DNA of 63,919 nt, the filler included, from Intoshia linei (taxonomy: Eukaryota; Animalia; Orthonectida), in NCBI GenBank assembly GCA_001642005.1. It is 8 parts of 8 records of this genome, joined end to end, with 100 filler letters (N's around TTAATTAATTAA, not from the genome) between each part and the next. Parts side by side here need not be neighbours in the genome. Positions count along the whole stretch, not along the records: positions 33,157 to 49,033 come from LWCA01000886.1; positions 49,134 to 58,785 come from LWCA01001349.1; 6 more parts are not named here. One strand, written 5' to 3'. A program made the position numbers and the translations under genes. Each line of letters starts with the position of its first letter. The first letter of the stretch is position 1. Positions 40,116 through 52,748 of this stretch are shown one piece after another. The notes under the pieces are model-generated. The model did no database searches. It had not been told where the DNA came from and was given only the letters and a program-made list of their open reading frames with translations.

Positions 40116-40307
40116 CTCTGGAGTTAGCTAATTTATACGCAGAACAAGTCACACAAATGTTTTAATTATGGACATTGAACATGTTAATGTTATAACGAAG
40201 AGAAAGTAGATATACAACATTAATAGAAATTTGTATATATCTGCGGTTTATAATAAAAAAATCAAATTGACAAAGTATTAAAATTTATTATTACAAGTTT
40301 ATCCATA

Positions 40308-42410
40308 TTAATCGTCAGTCTAAATACAAGTTGTATAAAATAATAATTTAACCATTTTGTTATATTCGTCCATCTGTTTATCTAACTCTTCCGCTGTCAA
40401 ATTATGTTTTGAATTTCCATTTGATCGTCTATTAAAATTGGAACGCCCGCCTCCGTAATTGTTTGATCTGAATGAATTTGGTCTGCTATTGTTTGATCCA
40501 TTAAATCTAAATAAGTTCAATACAAAAATATAAAATATAATACGAAATATATCATACACTGTACAGCGTCTCCGAAATAACGGTACGTGAAAAATTTTTA
40601 CCAATTAGATTTCAATTTATTATGTTTTATATTAAATTTTTTAGTGTTGCCTACTAATTTCACTTTAATGGTCCGTGATGAATTTCACACAAATTGATAA
40701 CCGGTCCGCCGTGAAAAAAGTGTTCGAACCCCTGCACCATAGACCAGTGATGGCAAAATGTGTTTTGTGTTAAAATTACAAACTTAACGTATTTTTAACA
40801 CACTTCAAAAAAATAGATATCTTAAATATTAAATAAAAAAAACACATCATAAAAGACACAGATTCTATGAGTAAATAAGGTTCACTAGCGTAGCATTTAA
40901 ATCTATAAGATATGTTCAATGAACTTTGTTCATTCAATCGAAAAAATAGCTACATATCCGTCATTTTTAAATATTTAAAATTAAGTTATTTAGCATTGAT
41001 TTCAAATTGAAACTTTCAATTGGAGGGCTGATTAACAATTTTTTTATAAAAAACACCAACTAATAATTTCCGAATATGATTTCAAAATTAATACATTACT
41101 GCAATACACAATAATATAGATGAGACCCGCACAATTAAAGAAACATATCGAAGCATACATGTTGAAATGAAGTTAAAAAGTTTGTACTCACCCCTCTATT
41201 TGAAAAAAAATCAAAATAATATACTATTTAAAAATATCTACTGTCTCCATGCACTTTGACACTTACGAACACTGAGTTATAAAATCTATAATTTCTAAAA
41301 TATTGTTTTTATTTCATTATGTAAAAATTTAATATCATCTATTTTGTGTTAAATTTAACTCACATTAAAAATTTCAAGTCAAAAGTCTTGGAGAGGTGAC
41401 TGGTTATATGACCATACAAATTATCTGCAAAAAAAATTTAGAGGCTCAATCATTTTTTTTGACCTCGAGCTTGGTTCGGCTATGACTAAATTTTTGGATT
41501 CGTAGTGGCATTTAATTCATTAAAAATTTCAGAATTCAATACACTATTTTTTATCAAGCTTTAAATTTCCATTCACACAAGTTTATTTCAAACTATACCA
41601 AATTAAAGATGGTAGTATACATAAATATAAAAACAAATGTAATTCAATAGACAAACATGACAAATTAATAAAAACCTTCTAGGTGGATCGGATCGGTCAG
41701 ATTTGTCTTCGACAGAAAGTTTCATGGGTTTTCCTGATTTCAAAAGTAATGTTGTAAATTTATTGTAAACCGTCTAATGGTACACCATTGTACTGTTTAA
41801 CGGCTGATATAGCATCTCGGCGCCGATCGAAAATTACATTTCCTTTTCCTAACGATCTTCCAGAGCGGTCATAAAACACTTTAGAGCTAAGAATTTGGCC
41901 AAATTCTGAAAATAATCCCTAATTTTTTTTAAAAAAGACTCAAATAAAATATTACTTGTAAATCACTATCACTAACTCCAAAATCTAAATTATCTATAAT
42001 AAGCTTGGCAATGTTGTTTCCGCTTTCTTTATATAAATCATGTTTCCATTGACCGTTTATATTCTATTTATAATGTATATTTACAAAATTCATAGAAAAA
42101 ATGCAGAGTTTTCAACTATTTTCGTATAAATGCACCCAATTTCGTGATTTATATTGAATGCCGAAAATAAACTTTTAAAAACTACGAAACTGGTCGCAAA
42201 TGTTCAGAAAACGATTCAAAATCAGAGTAAATTTAAAATTACATCACGGGTAGTAAATAAACCATTAGATCTAATGGGTCGTCTCGGAAAGCTAGACTTG
42301 AAACGAGTTGTAGAACCAATTGGGTTACTTCTTCTCCTACCACCGACATTATATCGTCGTCTTACGTTTATTCTCTTTTGAGTAATTATTTCATCCAAAC
42401 TCTTGTCCAT
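40308..42410 (-). CDS. ALYREF: THO complex subunit 4 / Aly-REF mRNA export adaptor
   Basis: MDKSLDEII (N-terminal UBM); QWKHDLY; [27 protein letters not shown]...YDRSGRSLG...[15 protein letters not shown]; [12 protein letters not shown] (C-terminal UBM). Six exons, stop at 40308. Confidence 0.95.
40745..41101 (+). mobile_element. degenerate hAT MITE related to 24723-25323
   Basis: CAGTGATGGCAAA...CATTACTG; flanks CCATAGAC/CAATACAC. Confidence 0.6.
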
Positions 42411-42952
42411 TTAAATTTTTGAAATGTAAATTTACGATAATAAACTGTAAACAAAACTATAACAACATTTACAATCAATAGTTATCATGACATTGTGAAT
42501 AACAAATTTTTTCATAATGTTTAGTAATTTGTCATTCCAATATCCAAGACATTGTTTATTTTTAGAATTTGTAAAGAATTATGACAATAATTAAAATTAT
42601 TGCATTCACACATTAAATTTTAATATTCAAATTAAAATTAATATTGAACAAATTAAAAAATACAGTTCAATACGACACTTACAATCGAATGACGTAAAAT
42701 AAATTCCAATTTGATAAATAATAAAATTGAATTTTATTTCAGTATTTCCGTATTTCCGTACTTCTTTCAATCACTTATTCAATATTTCATTGTACATTTC
42801 AATTGACAATTAACTAATTGTAAATAATATTTTTAACAAATTTAACAATCATTGTATTATCGTAATATCAAATAAAGTTAGTTATAAGGTACATGTTAAA
42901 TCATTTTCGTGTTTTGGGTCAAAAAGCTAGTTTGAACCATGGCTATTTAAAG

Positions 42953-45900
42953 ATTAAACGAGATAATTCTGGAAACTTTTTTACTAATTTATGGACAAAC
43001 TTAAAATCTGAATTGGGCAAAGACAAAGAACTTGGTGTACTTTCTTTTTATTAATTTTTTATTTATTTAATTTTATATATATATAAATTAATATATATTT
43101 ATATTTTAATTATTTTCATAAAATAGGAAAATATAACAAAATTTCGTAAAGAAGCTACTAAATTGGAACAAAGTGATACCATCAAGGCTGCCCGAAAAAA
43201 ATATGTAATTTATAAAGTTAATTTGTAGAACATCATTTGACTAAATTTTGATTTTTCACAAATTGGTTCATAGTATTAACTTGACACCTTGTTTTGTGAT
43301 TAGTGATATTTTAATTTTGGTGGATACTACTTTTTATTTCTATCATATCCTTTTTATATTTTTTTGCGCAATTTATAGATTATATTTCTAAATAGTTATT
43401 TATATTAATTTTAAGGACAAAATTCAACAAGAAACTGCAAAAACTGGAAACGTCCTAAATGAAAATATTGAAAGATTGACAAAAACCTTTCATAAAGTAA
43501 CAACTTTTTAATTTCGTGGTTCATACTATATGTGACCGCTTAACAACAAACTTATTTGGAAATTAATATTTTTATTTACGATTGTTATTATTTAGCGAGT
43601 CGCGACTCGCAACCCTATATGAGTAACGAAGAGTTAGGAACACGTATTTAAAATGTTTTAAAATTTAATTTAAAAATATAAATTTTAGAATATTGATCAA
43701 TCTGAAGTATTGAAACAAACCAAAAAAATATTTGGAAATGTGAGCGACACTGCTGCAAAATCGGTTGGTAGAATGGGGGACATGTCGTTGGATCTTAAAG
43801 ATTCCAACATTTACAAAAATGTTAGCGCTGTATTATTTTGTACTTGTAGAGATTTTCAATTGAAATAGTCACTTTTACCAGTCATTTTAACCAATTTTCT
43901 ACAGATATATTTTGTAGTCATTTTTATAATTTTATTAATATCTAATTTAATGATTTTTTACCAAAAAAATTGTTTAGTTTCATAAAAAAAGTTTACTCTA
44001 ATATAACTTTAAAGTTAAAACAAATAATTCTAATTTTCCTAAAAATTGATGAAAGGACTATAGTAGTTGATGTAAAACTTACTATTTTAGTAATGGGTTT
44101 ATTTATCCTTATGTTATAACTCGGACCCTGGTTAAAATAATTTTTTTTTTAAAAATATTGATGAATTATGTCTAAAATATCCGCATATTACAATTAAACA
44201 TTAATATTATGATTTTGAGTATTTGATTCAGTTCAGGGCCGTGGAAAAGTGGCTAGAAACAATATAACGACCTGATATAGTCTATTATTATAATTGGGGT
44301 CCCACTAGTCTAAATTAATAGGTGATTTTAGCAAATTTTTTGCAATTTGCGCGAAATTTTTTTGGTTTAGCTGAGTAACGTTGAAAAAATTTTGGAAACC
44401 GCTTGATTAAATAATTGATTGGTAACCAAAACATTATGTGTTTAAGGGGTCTACACTTTTCATCTGACCGGACCACTGTTGGTTATCTATATCCATAAGC
44501 CAATCACAAAACGTAAACTATTCATAAAACGTTTTTGAGTCTTCAATTGTTTTACAAATTTGTTTCCTAAAATTTCAATCAAATTAAACAATTTCAATAA
44601 TTTTAAAGAATTTGTTTCGTTTTTATTTTCTGAAATTACCGGTAACTGTGATTATGGTCAACCATAACGCCATAACGTTTTATAATTTTTATATTTATTA
44701 TCGTGTATTTATAGGGTATCAAAGTGGTCGATGATCAATTGGATTCTGTTACTGATCCTAGATTGAAGGTTTATGCGTCCCCAGGTTTTGTAAATCATTA
44801 ATTACGTTATAATTAGCGATATATAATTTATCTACTTATTTTTTCCGTTAGAAAATAATAATGACGTGTATATTTAGAGACACTCAAAAAACGAAACGAT
44901 TATTCAATTTTGGTCGAAAAAAAATATGAAGAAGACGAGTAATTTTTTATAGATAATATTCTTAAATCCAACCATTTTTCATTCGATTAATCGAGGTAAA
45001 ACTCGATTTTTCCTTTTAAGGTTGTTAAAATTGAATTTTTCCTTTAGTGTTGGTAAATTTTGATTTTTAGTAAAAATGGTTGGATTTAAGTAGACACTCT
45101 TTTTTTTATAATACATGTACCTATGTATAAATATATAAATTTACTTATTTAATTTTTCTATGAATAAAAATTTAATGCGTCAGTGAATGCAAATTATACG
45201 TTGTACTATATTTTTGATTGTTTTTCTCATTTTTTACTTTTAATGTTAAAATCTACTTTTCTCAACCGATCTGTTTATACATTGTTTTTGCTAAGTTTAA
45301 ATTATCGAAAATTGTACAATATTAATAAAGTACATGAGAAATTAAATCAAGATGAATTCTAGGGTTGACAATTAATAACCTCCGATTTTTGTAATATGTT
45401 CAATATAGATTAAGAATCATTAATTTTCACAACATAATTCATTTGAAAATGTTGACAATCAGTACCAGTACCAGTGATATCAAGTTCGATGTCTAGCTCT
45501 ATCTGTTTCAGTTTAAGTTTGTTGTAAATAAAAAGTAGTTTGGAGTTGATGTTAATAATTTGGGTGGGTCAATCAAAATTTGTGATTTAAATGATTTGAC
45601 TGAATTTGAAAATGGCTAGCAAAGTTCTGCTATTTTGATAAAAACTGGGCTTTAGCTACTAGATACATTTTTGAAGTTTATAAATTTTGGTTTAAAAGAT
45701 TTTTTTTTGCATATAATATTGTCCAAATTTAGAGTAACACTTGGTGTGGTTCAGCATAAGGATTCAAAGTGGGCTAATATATGGACCAAATTTAAAGATG
45801 ACAATCTATATATTAACCGTAATTTATTTTGTATATAATAGATGACGAACAATTTTTGATTGAGTTGCAAACGTTTAAAAAATCATGTTAATTTATTCAG

Positions 45901-48314
45901 GGTGGTCAAACCTTTTTTTCTGCACCATCTACTAAAAATTATTTTGTAATTTTATCGTCGAGCGCTCTTAAGAGGAGACTCTAATTTATATAATGTAATG
46001 ATTACATTATTAATTTTATTGGTATTTAGGATTATTTGATTTAAAAACCAAATATGATGAAAGTGACAATGCGGTAATAAAATCAACTCGAGCAGTAACT
46101 GAAAAATTCTCAGAAATTGTTGGTATGTAATTAAATTTAATAGCGACTTTGATAAGTCAAAATTAATGAAGGTATTATATATAAACTAATGAAATCAGAA
46201 TCAGTGATGTAATGATTATTTTTGATTGACTAAGCATGAAAAAAAATGCCTCGTCTCATGTTTTTTTAGATACTACATTTGTCATTGTTCTACGCTAAAA
46301 CTTGACGGATTTCTATATTTTCTATCTTTTTCTAGAATTCTTCAATTGATAAAAAATTAATTCTGCAATCCTTGTTTGTTAAAAATATTGACTTATAAAT
46401 TACTGTTTAGTTTGTTGATAAAAAATTGAACTATAGAAACTACATTGTATCCTGGTAAAGCTTTTTAAGGTAGTTCAATGTTTCTCCACCGATGTAACAA
46501 GTACTTTTTTTAAATTTTGTATAGCGCAAAATTGAAAACGAACTATATATTTCACAGAGGGTCAGTTATATCGGATTTTTTTTTGTACCTAAACAACGTT
46601 TTTTTTTAAATTTGCAGCTTTTTCTTGCAAAGTCTTACACTATCGTAAATATTTTTAGTAAGAACTCGACAGTATCCAACGGACTCGCTAAATGGCTCGG
46701 ACAAGTGTTGCCCATATTAATTTATAAAAATCTTGAAATATATTTATATTATTATATTTTTAAAGAAACATTGTTTTATATTCATATTAAATCAATTAGG
46801 CGGATTATTTGCTCGAACCGAAACTTCTACTGTTGTTAACGAAATATTTCAAAGGGATTCTAATTTTACCAAAGAAAAATTTATTTCACAATGCAGAAAT
46901 ATTATTATTCCAAACGTTTTGGAGGTTTGTCAACTATGATTATATATTATTAATACCTAGAGTATATTATTATGTTATTAACATTAAGACATATTTTAAT
47001 ATACTTTATAAATTTTTTTTATTAATTTAGGCACTGTTACATGGAAATCTTGAAGTTTTGAATGATTGGTGTCACGAAGGGGTAATGTTTTAAATTTATA
47101 CATTTTAAACTTGAGTATACAGTAGTATTATATATACTAGGTTGACTGTTATGTAATACGTACAAATAGCACCTAACTCTGCTGCGGGTACATTTTATTC
47201 TACCAATTAAATAAATTCATGTTGAAAATCTAATTTACATGTTAATAAAATTGAAAATATAAGTTGAAAATATAAGTTGAAAATATATTAAAAATTATTT
47301 TTCACCGGGAATGCGTAGATTTCTTGGGTTGAAATTTGGTATTTATATCAACTGGAATAAGCTCTATCAGAATAATTTTTTTTGATGATTTAATGATTAT
47401 GATAATGTTTATGATTTTAAAATTCGTATCAGCGTATATATTTTTTAAAATTATAAAAACTCGTTTGATTTTCAAAAAAACAACAATTTTGGTTTTTGAC
47501 CCGTAAGATGTGAGTTTGGGACATTGAATATTATCTTATTATCACCCTCGGAAAAAAAACTAATTGAAATGTGGACTTTATAAAATTCTAAGACTGGTAG
47601 TTATTGAAATAAAGATAACACAAACAAATATTGCATAGTATATTATAATATGCTATGATTATATAAGTAGCACACACACACAAATATTGCGTATCATATT
47701 ATATAAGTAAGGATATACAATACGACTGGATAATATATATATTCAGACATTGACATTATCCACTGAACGTTTCACTATTTTAATTTCATAGTAGTTTACG
47801 TATAATTGAAATGGTTGAGAACCTTGTAATAGTACATAGTGTGTAGTTTTTTATGGCTCAGTTTTGAAATTAATAATTATTAAATTGAATATAGATTTAC
47901 ACACGATTAGCATATCCGATAAAAGAAGCATACAAAAACAAATACAGATTCGAATCTAAATTACTTGATATTAGTAACATTGAGGTTTGTGTATATGAAA
48001 ATAATTCTTTATTTTTTAGTTAGTGACCGCTAAAAAATTAAATCAAGGTCCAGTCTTAGTGATCTCATTTGATGCGCAGGTTTTACAAAAAGTTGTTGAT
48101 CATAATGGCAAAACTGTCGACGGATCGGACGTAATATTAACATTTTAAAAAAATACTCCGAATTTTTATATTTATTAATAATAATAAATTATAGGACACG
48201 GTTAATCGAATGGTAAATGTTTGGGCTTTATGTCGTGAAAACACAATATCAACATCTGTTGACGCCTGGCGAATTATTGACGTTTCTTTCAATACCAATC
48301 AACAGTGGCTTTGA
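42953..48314 (+). CDS. TIMM44: mitochondrial import inner membrane translocase subunit TIM44
   Basis: At least 13 exons: NLKSELGKDKELGENITKFRKEATKLEQSD..AARKKY; LGVVQHKDSKW; KYDESDNAVIKSTRAVTEK; GGLFARTE...IIPNVLEALLHGNLEVLNDWCHE; QGPVLVISFDAQ; VWALCRE...AWRIID...WL*. The presequence exon(s) (candidate ATG at 42517) are unresolved. Confidence 0.95.
44961..45090. mobile_element. 130-bp MITE with a perfect 19-bp TIR in a TIMM44 intron
   Basis: CTTAAATCCAACCATTTTT...AAAAATGGTTGGATTTAAG. Confidence 0.7.
47137..47713 (-). mobile_element. internally deleted Helitron with both termini, in a TIMM44 intron
   Basis: Minus strand: A|TCCTTACTTATAT...CAGTCAACCTAG|T, i.e. TC start, CTAG end, AT target and no TSD. 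Confidence 0.85.
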
Positions 48315-51300
48315 ATTTTGGTTTCAATATTCAAACCACTAGAACTATTACGATCTTGGGACCAATTGTACATTTTAAAAATTATATTTATTGATACACT
48401 TTGTAAAATATTCAATTATGAGTTTTAAACCAACGCGATCATTTATTTCGTATTCACAACATTGTTTTACTATGGTCTAAATTTAAGAATAAGTGATTTT
48501 TTTATATATGCGACATATAGTAGGTTTTAGAATTTTAACTACATGTAGACTATAAATAGCCCTTCTGAATATTTAGGTAGTGTTTCATAGGAAATTTACT
48601 TTAAGTGGCCCGCGAAAAATTTAATGTGAAATTACCGGTTCGTGATAAAAAATGTGAGCCTATGCTAGAGCTGTTAAGCTAAAATGTCTGTGGTAACTTA
48701 TTTACAAAAAAATATAACAGCAAACGCATTAAAAAAATTTGCTCTCGGTCCGCCAAATTTCTAATGATATATTTTGACCCTCACCACCAATGTTTCTACC
48801 AGTCTGCTCTACATATGTAATCTAACAATAACACCATTCCTATGCCCTGTGTTTGTTGGTTCTGTATCAGAGATAATTATTTTTGGAATTAAAAAATTTC
48901 TTAAATTTAAATTATTTTAAAATATATATTGCATAATTAAATCCTCATTCAGTATAGATTAATTTCAAACTTCAGGGTTCTACAAATTTAATGAATCGCG
49001 TATAAACTTTAAAATTAAAAAAAAAAAATTTTANNNNNNNNNNNNNNNNNNNNNNNNNNNNNNNNNNNNNNNNNNNNTTAATTAATTAANNNNNNNNNNN
49101 NNNNNNNNNNNNNNNNNNNNNNNNNNNNNNNNNAAAAATAAAAAAATAACGCACTTACAGTAAATATTCGTAAAGATATAATGATTTCTAATAAAGTTAC
49201 AATAAAAACGACATTATTTATGAAACGACCTAATATATAATATATAAGTATTATGGTGTAAAAAGTTTAAAATGATAATTTGTTATAGGCTTACTGCCAA
49301 ATGTTTTCGTTTGTTATCCTCTACTTTACCGTTTATTTAAAAATTAATAATGCTAAAATTTAAATAAACCAAAATTCTAATACAGTTTTTCAAGAGCAAT
49401 GTTGTGTCTCAAATTCATTTTTCTAAAATTAAGTCCTTGAGAGTCAAAAACCCAATTTCTACTATTTACTAATTATAAAATCAGTCGTAAAATTTCAAAA
49501 TCCATATTCATAAACGCATTTGACAGTTATCAAAAATGTTGTAAATAGCAATCTCAAAAAGTTACATCTTTATGGTTAAACCCAAATTACCCTTTTTTGA
49601 TAAATGAAAAAATTGTTTAATTATGTATTAAAATAATAATACATGTGTAATTAATATTAAAAAAAATTAATATCTGGTAATAGTACATAAAATTTCACTG
49701 GACAGTGAAAAAATTAAATTAAAGTGATTTAAAGTATTTCTAGTATAAAATGTAAATGATATTAATCTATATTTATATCTACTGTAATACAATTTATTTT
49801 ATCAATATTTATATAATTATATAAACATTTATTATAATAAAGAGAATATTAATTTGATATTTTTAATTTAAATTATTACTATTATTATTTAAAAGCTGAG
49901 TTTGATAAATTTTAAATTTTATTAATGTTATTTCAAGAAATATTTTCTTAAGTACATAAAAGCAACAAAACGTTTTAATTAAAAAAATAATGTAAGAATT
50001 AATGAAATTTTTGTTGTTGTTTATCGGAAATGAGTTTATCATATCTAGGTTTTCTTAGAGATAAAGGAACTCATACAGTACCGTGAAGAGGGATAAGGGT
50101 TCACATGATCGGGCGGTAATAACGTAGGTTTATTATTTTAATTTATCAAATATCATAACTTATTATTATTAAAATTCTAGAACTAGTGACGATTATTTAC
50201 TAGAATTTTGGACCTTGACGGATTTCTGAAAATTAAATAGCGATAAAACATTATTCTCAAAAAACTGTTTTAGAAATATGTATTATTAAAACTGAAACAA
50301 AAAGGCATACATTTTTGACTAAATTATTTTATAAGGCTTATTGTTATTGTAGTCTAAATTAATCTAAGGATTTATTTATATGGTAAAATTAAAAACTTGC
50401 AATATCGGCAGAGCTAGGTGGTGTTGGTACGAAGTACACAACAGTCAACATAGTGAAGTATATAGCACAGATAGAGTTAACATACCGAAAAAATTTTAAT
50501 CTCAGAAATCACATTGTATTCAAATTAATTAGAAATCACTTCATGAAATTGAGATCCGTTAGTGTATCAATATAGGAACAATTGTGATGTAATATATCTT
50601 AATTTTTCAGAAAATATTAGTAAATCGACAATTCAAGCAGTTTAATAATATAATAATCATACATATGTATATATCAGTGGTTCTTAAACTTTACATTTGA
50701 CGAACATCCAAAATATTACATAATTTTAAAATAAAATGTTTTATCGATAATTATCTAAGTTAAACATAATTATTTATCATAATTATATAATAAACTAAGA
50801 AAACTCAAAAAGATGAATTTATTTGTTCAAACTAGATAAAATGATTAATTTTTATTATACACGCTAATTCCTCATTAACGGAATAATTGGACCTGAAAAA
50901 ATTTCATTCCGTTAACGAGGAATTGTTTATATATAATGTATAAATTAAAGCAGTGGTTTCCGATAGGGGTCGACAATTATATACCTCAGGTCCCTGAAAT
51001 CCAAATAAAATATGGAAAAATTTTGATCAATTTTTGTTTATTTTTATAGGATAATTTTTGATGTTTATTATTTCAAAACCTAGACGACTTTACATTATTA
51101 TTTCAAAAATCCTACTTTTATCGCACCATTAATAAAATTTAATAAAAAATACCATTTCAAACCTTGAGGGGAAAATTCATTGCAAGATAAATGGGTATGG
51201 ATATCCTGATGGTTATAGATAATTTTTATAGTATCTGCAATATTTAAATAGAAGGGATAAATTATAATTAAAAAGTATTCATTATTTAAATATATATATT

Positions 51301-51937
51301 TCTGCATTAAAATGTTATTTAAAATTAATTTATTAAAAAATTATTATATTTTTCATAAAATATTTCGCGGATCCCTAAAAAATTCTACAGTGGTTTATAA
51401 TATAATAAATTTTGCAAAATTGATAAATAGACTTTAATTTTACGATTTTTGTATAACCATATTTTTTGTTCACCATTTTTGCTATCAAAAACACTCAAAT
51501 ATTCTAGTCCCAAATGTTAACTATAATTGTTTATTTAGAAACCAAAAGTTAGAATCAAAACAAGCAGGGAAAGGTATTAATAGATCAATAAATAGATCAT
51601 AAATCTAGAAGGTATTAAAAATAGTGACAATATGGTAAAGAGATACATCGAACATATGAATATTGGTAACTTAGACCATTGCATTTTTTAATTTCATAAT
51701 TTTTATAGATTCAAACTTTGTGATATGAACTATACTAAATTTATGTTATTAAAATAAATCTATTTTTGACGTCTGATTGTTTACATTACAAATTATTTTA
51801 TAATCCATGGAATGTCGTGCAACTTTTTTACAATTTCATACATTAGCAAACATGATAATTTGATATCTAGCCATATTTCGCTTTCTAAAATTTATACTCT
51901 AAATGTTTTATTTTAATTATGAAAAAGTATAATTTTT

Positions 51938-52649
51938 TACCCTTTTTTTTTTTAATGAAAACAGCCCTACATTTTAAAAAAATTAAAGGTGGTACAGTTG
52001 TATCTTGTTAACACACACAAAAATTTTCAATTTAAATAAGTGACGGCTTCACGGTCAAAAAAGCATTTTAGTATTCATATATTGTTTTCCGAAATATAGT
52101 ATTAACATTAATATTGTAAAACAAAAAATCTGAAATAATTAAATGTCCGAAAAATAAAAAAAAAAATTATCCTGATAGACCTTATTCCAGTTGATATAAA
52201 TGCAAAATTTCAACCCCCAGAAATCTACGCATTCCCGGTGAAAAATAATTTTTAATATATTATCAACCATATTTTTAAAATATTTCGGAATTAAAATAAA
52301 AATGAAAATGCAAATTGATTCTACAATTTCAAAATAAAGTGGATTGTAGTCTACACATTTCCAATAAAGAAATATGGGTGAATATCTATATACTTCATTC
52401 CTTCGGAATTTTTTTCATTGCTACGCAATATTTAAATTTCAAATTCTCATTTTCAAAACATTTTGTAATGTCATATGACAGTTCCACCTGAAACAAATTT
52501 GGGAACCATTCCTTTTAATGATTGATAATAGTGAATTGTAGAATTTTTAATTTAGATTTTCAATGTGAATTAATGTTTTTGGTAGAATAAAAATGTGCCA
52601 TCTGCAGAGCTAGGTGCTGTTTGTACGTAATACATAACAGTCAACCTAG
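51938..52649 (+). mobile_element. non-autonomous Helitron copy, 5'-truncated
   Basis: Family body; ends gagctaggtgctgtttgtacgtaatacataacagtcaacctag|t. Confidence 0.8.
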
Positions 52650-52748
52650 TATATTATATGTATCATAAATATCTGACTAACTTGACTAACTGAATTCTTG
52701 CTTCCTATAGAATGGTAAATGAAATGTAACCAAAGGATTTAATATACA

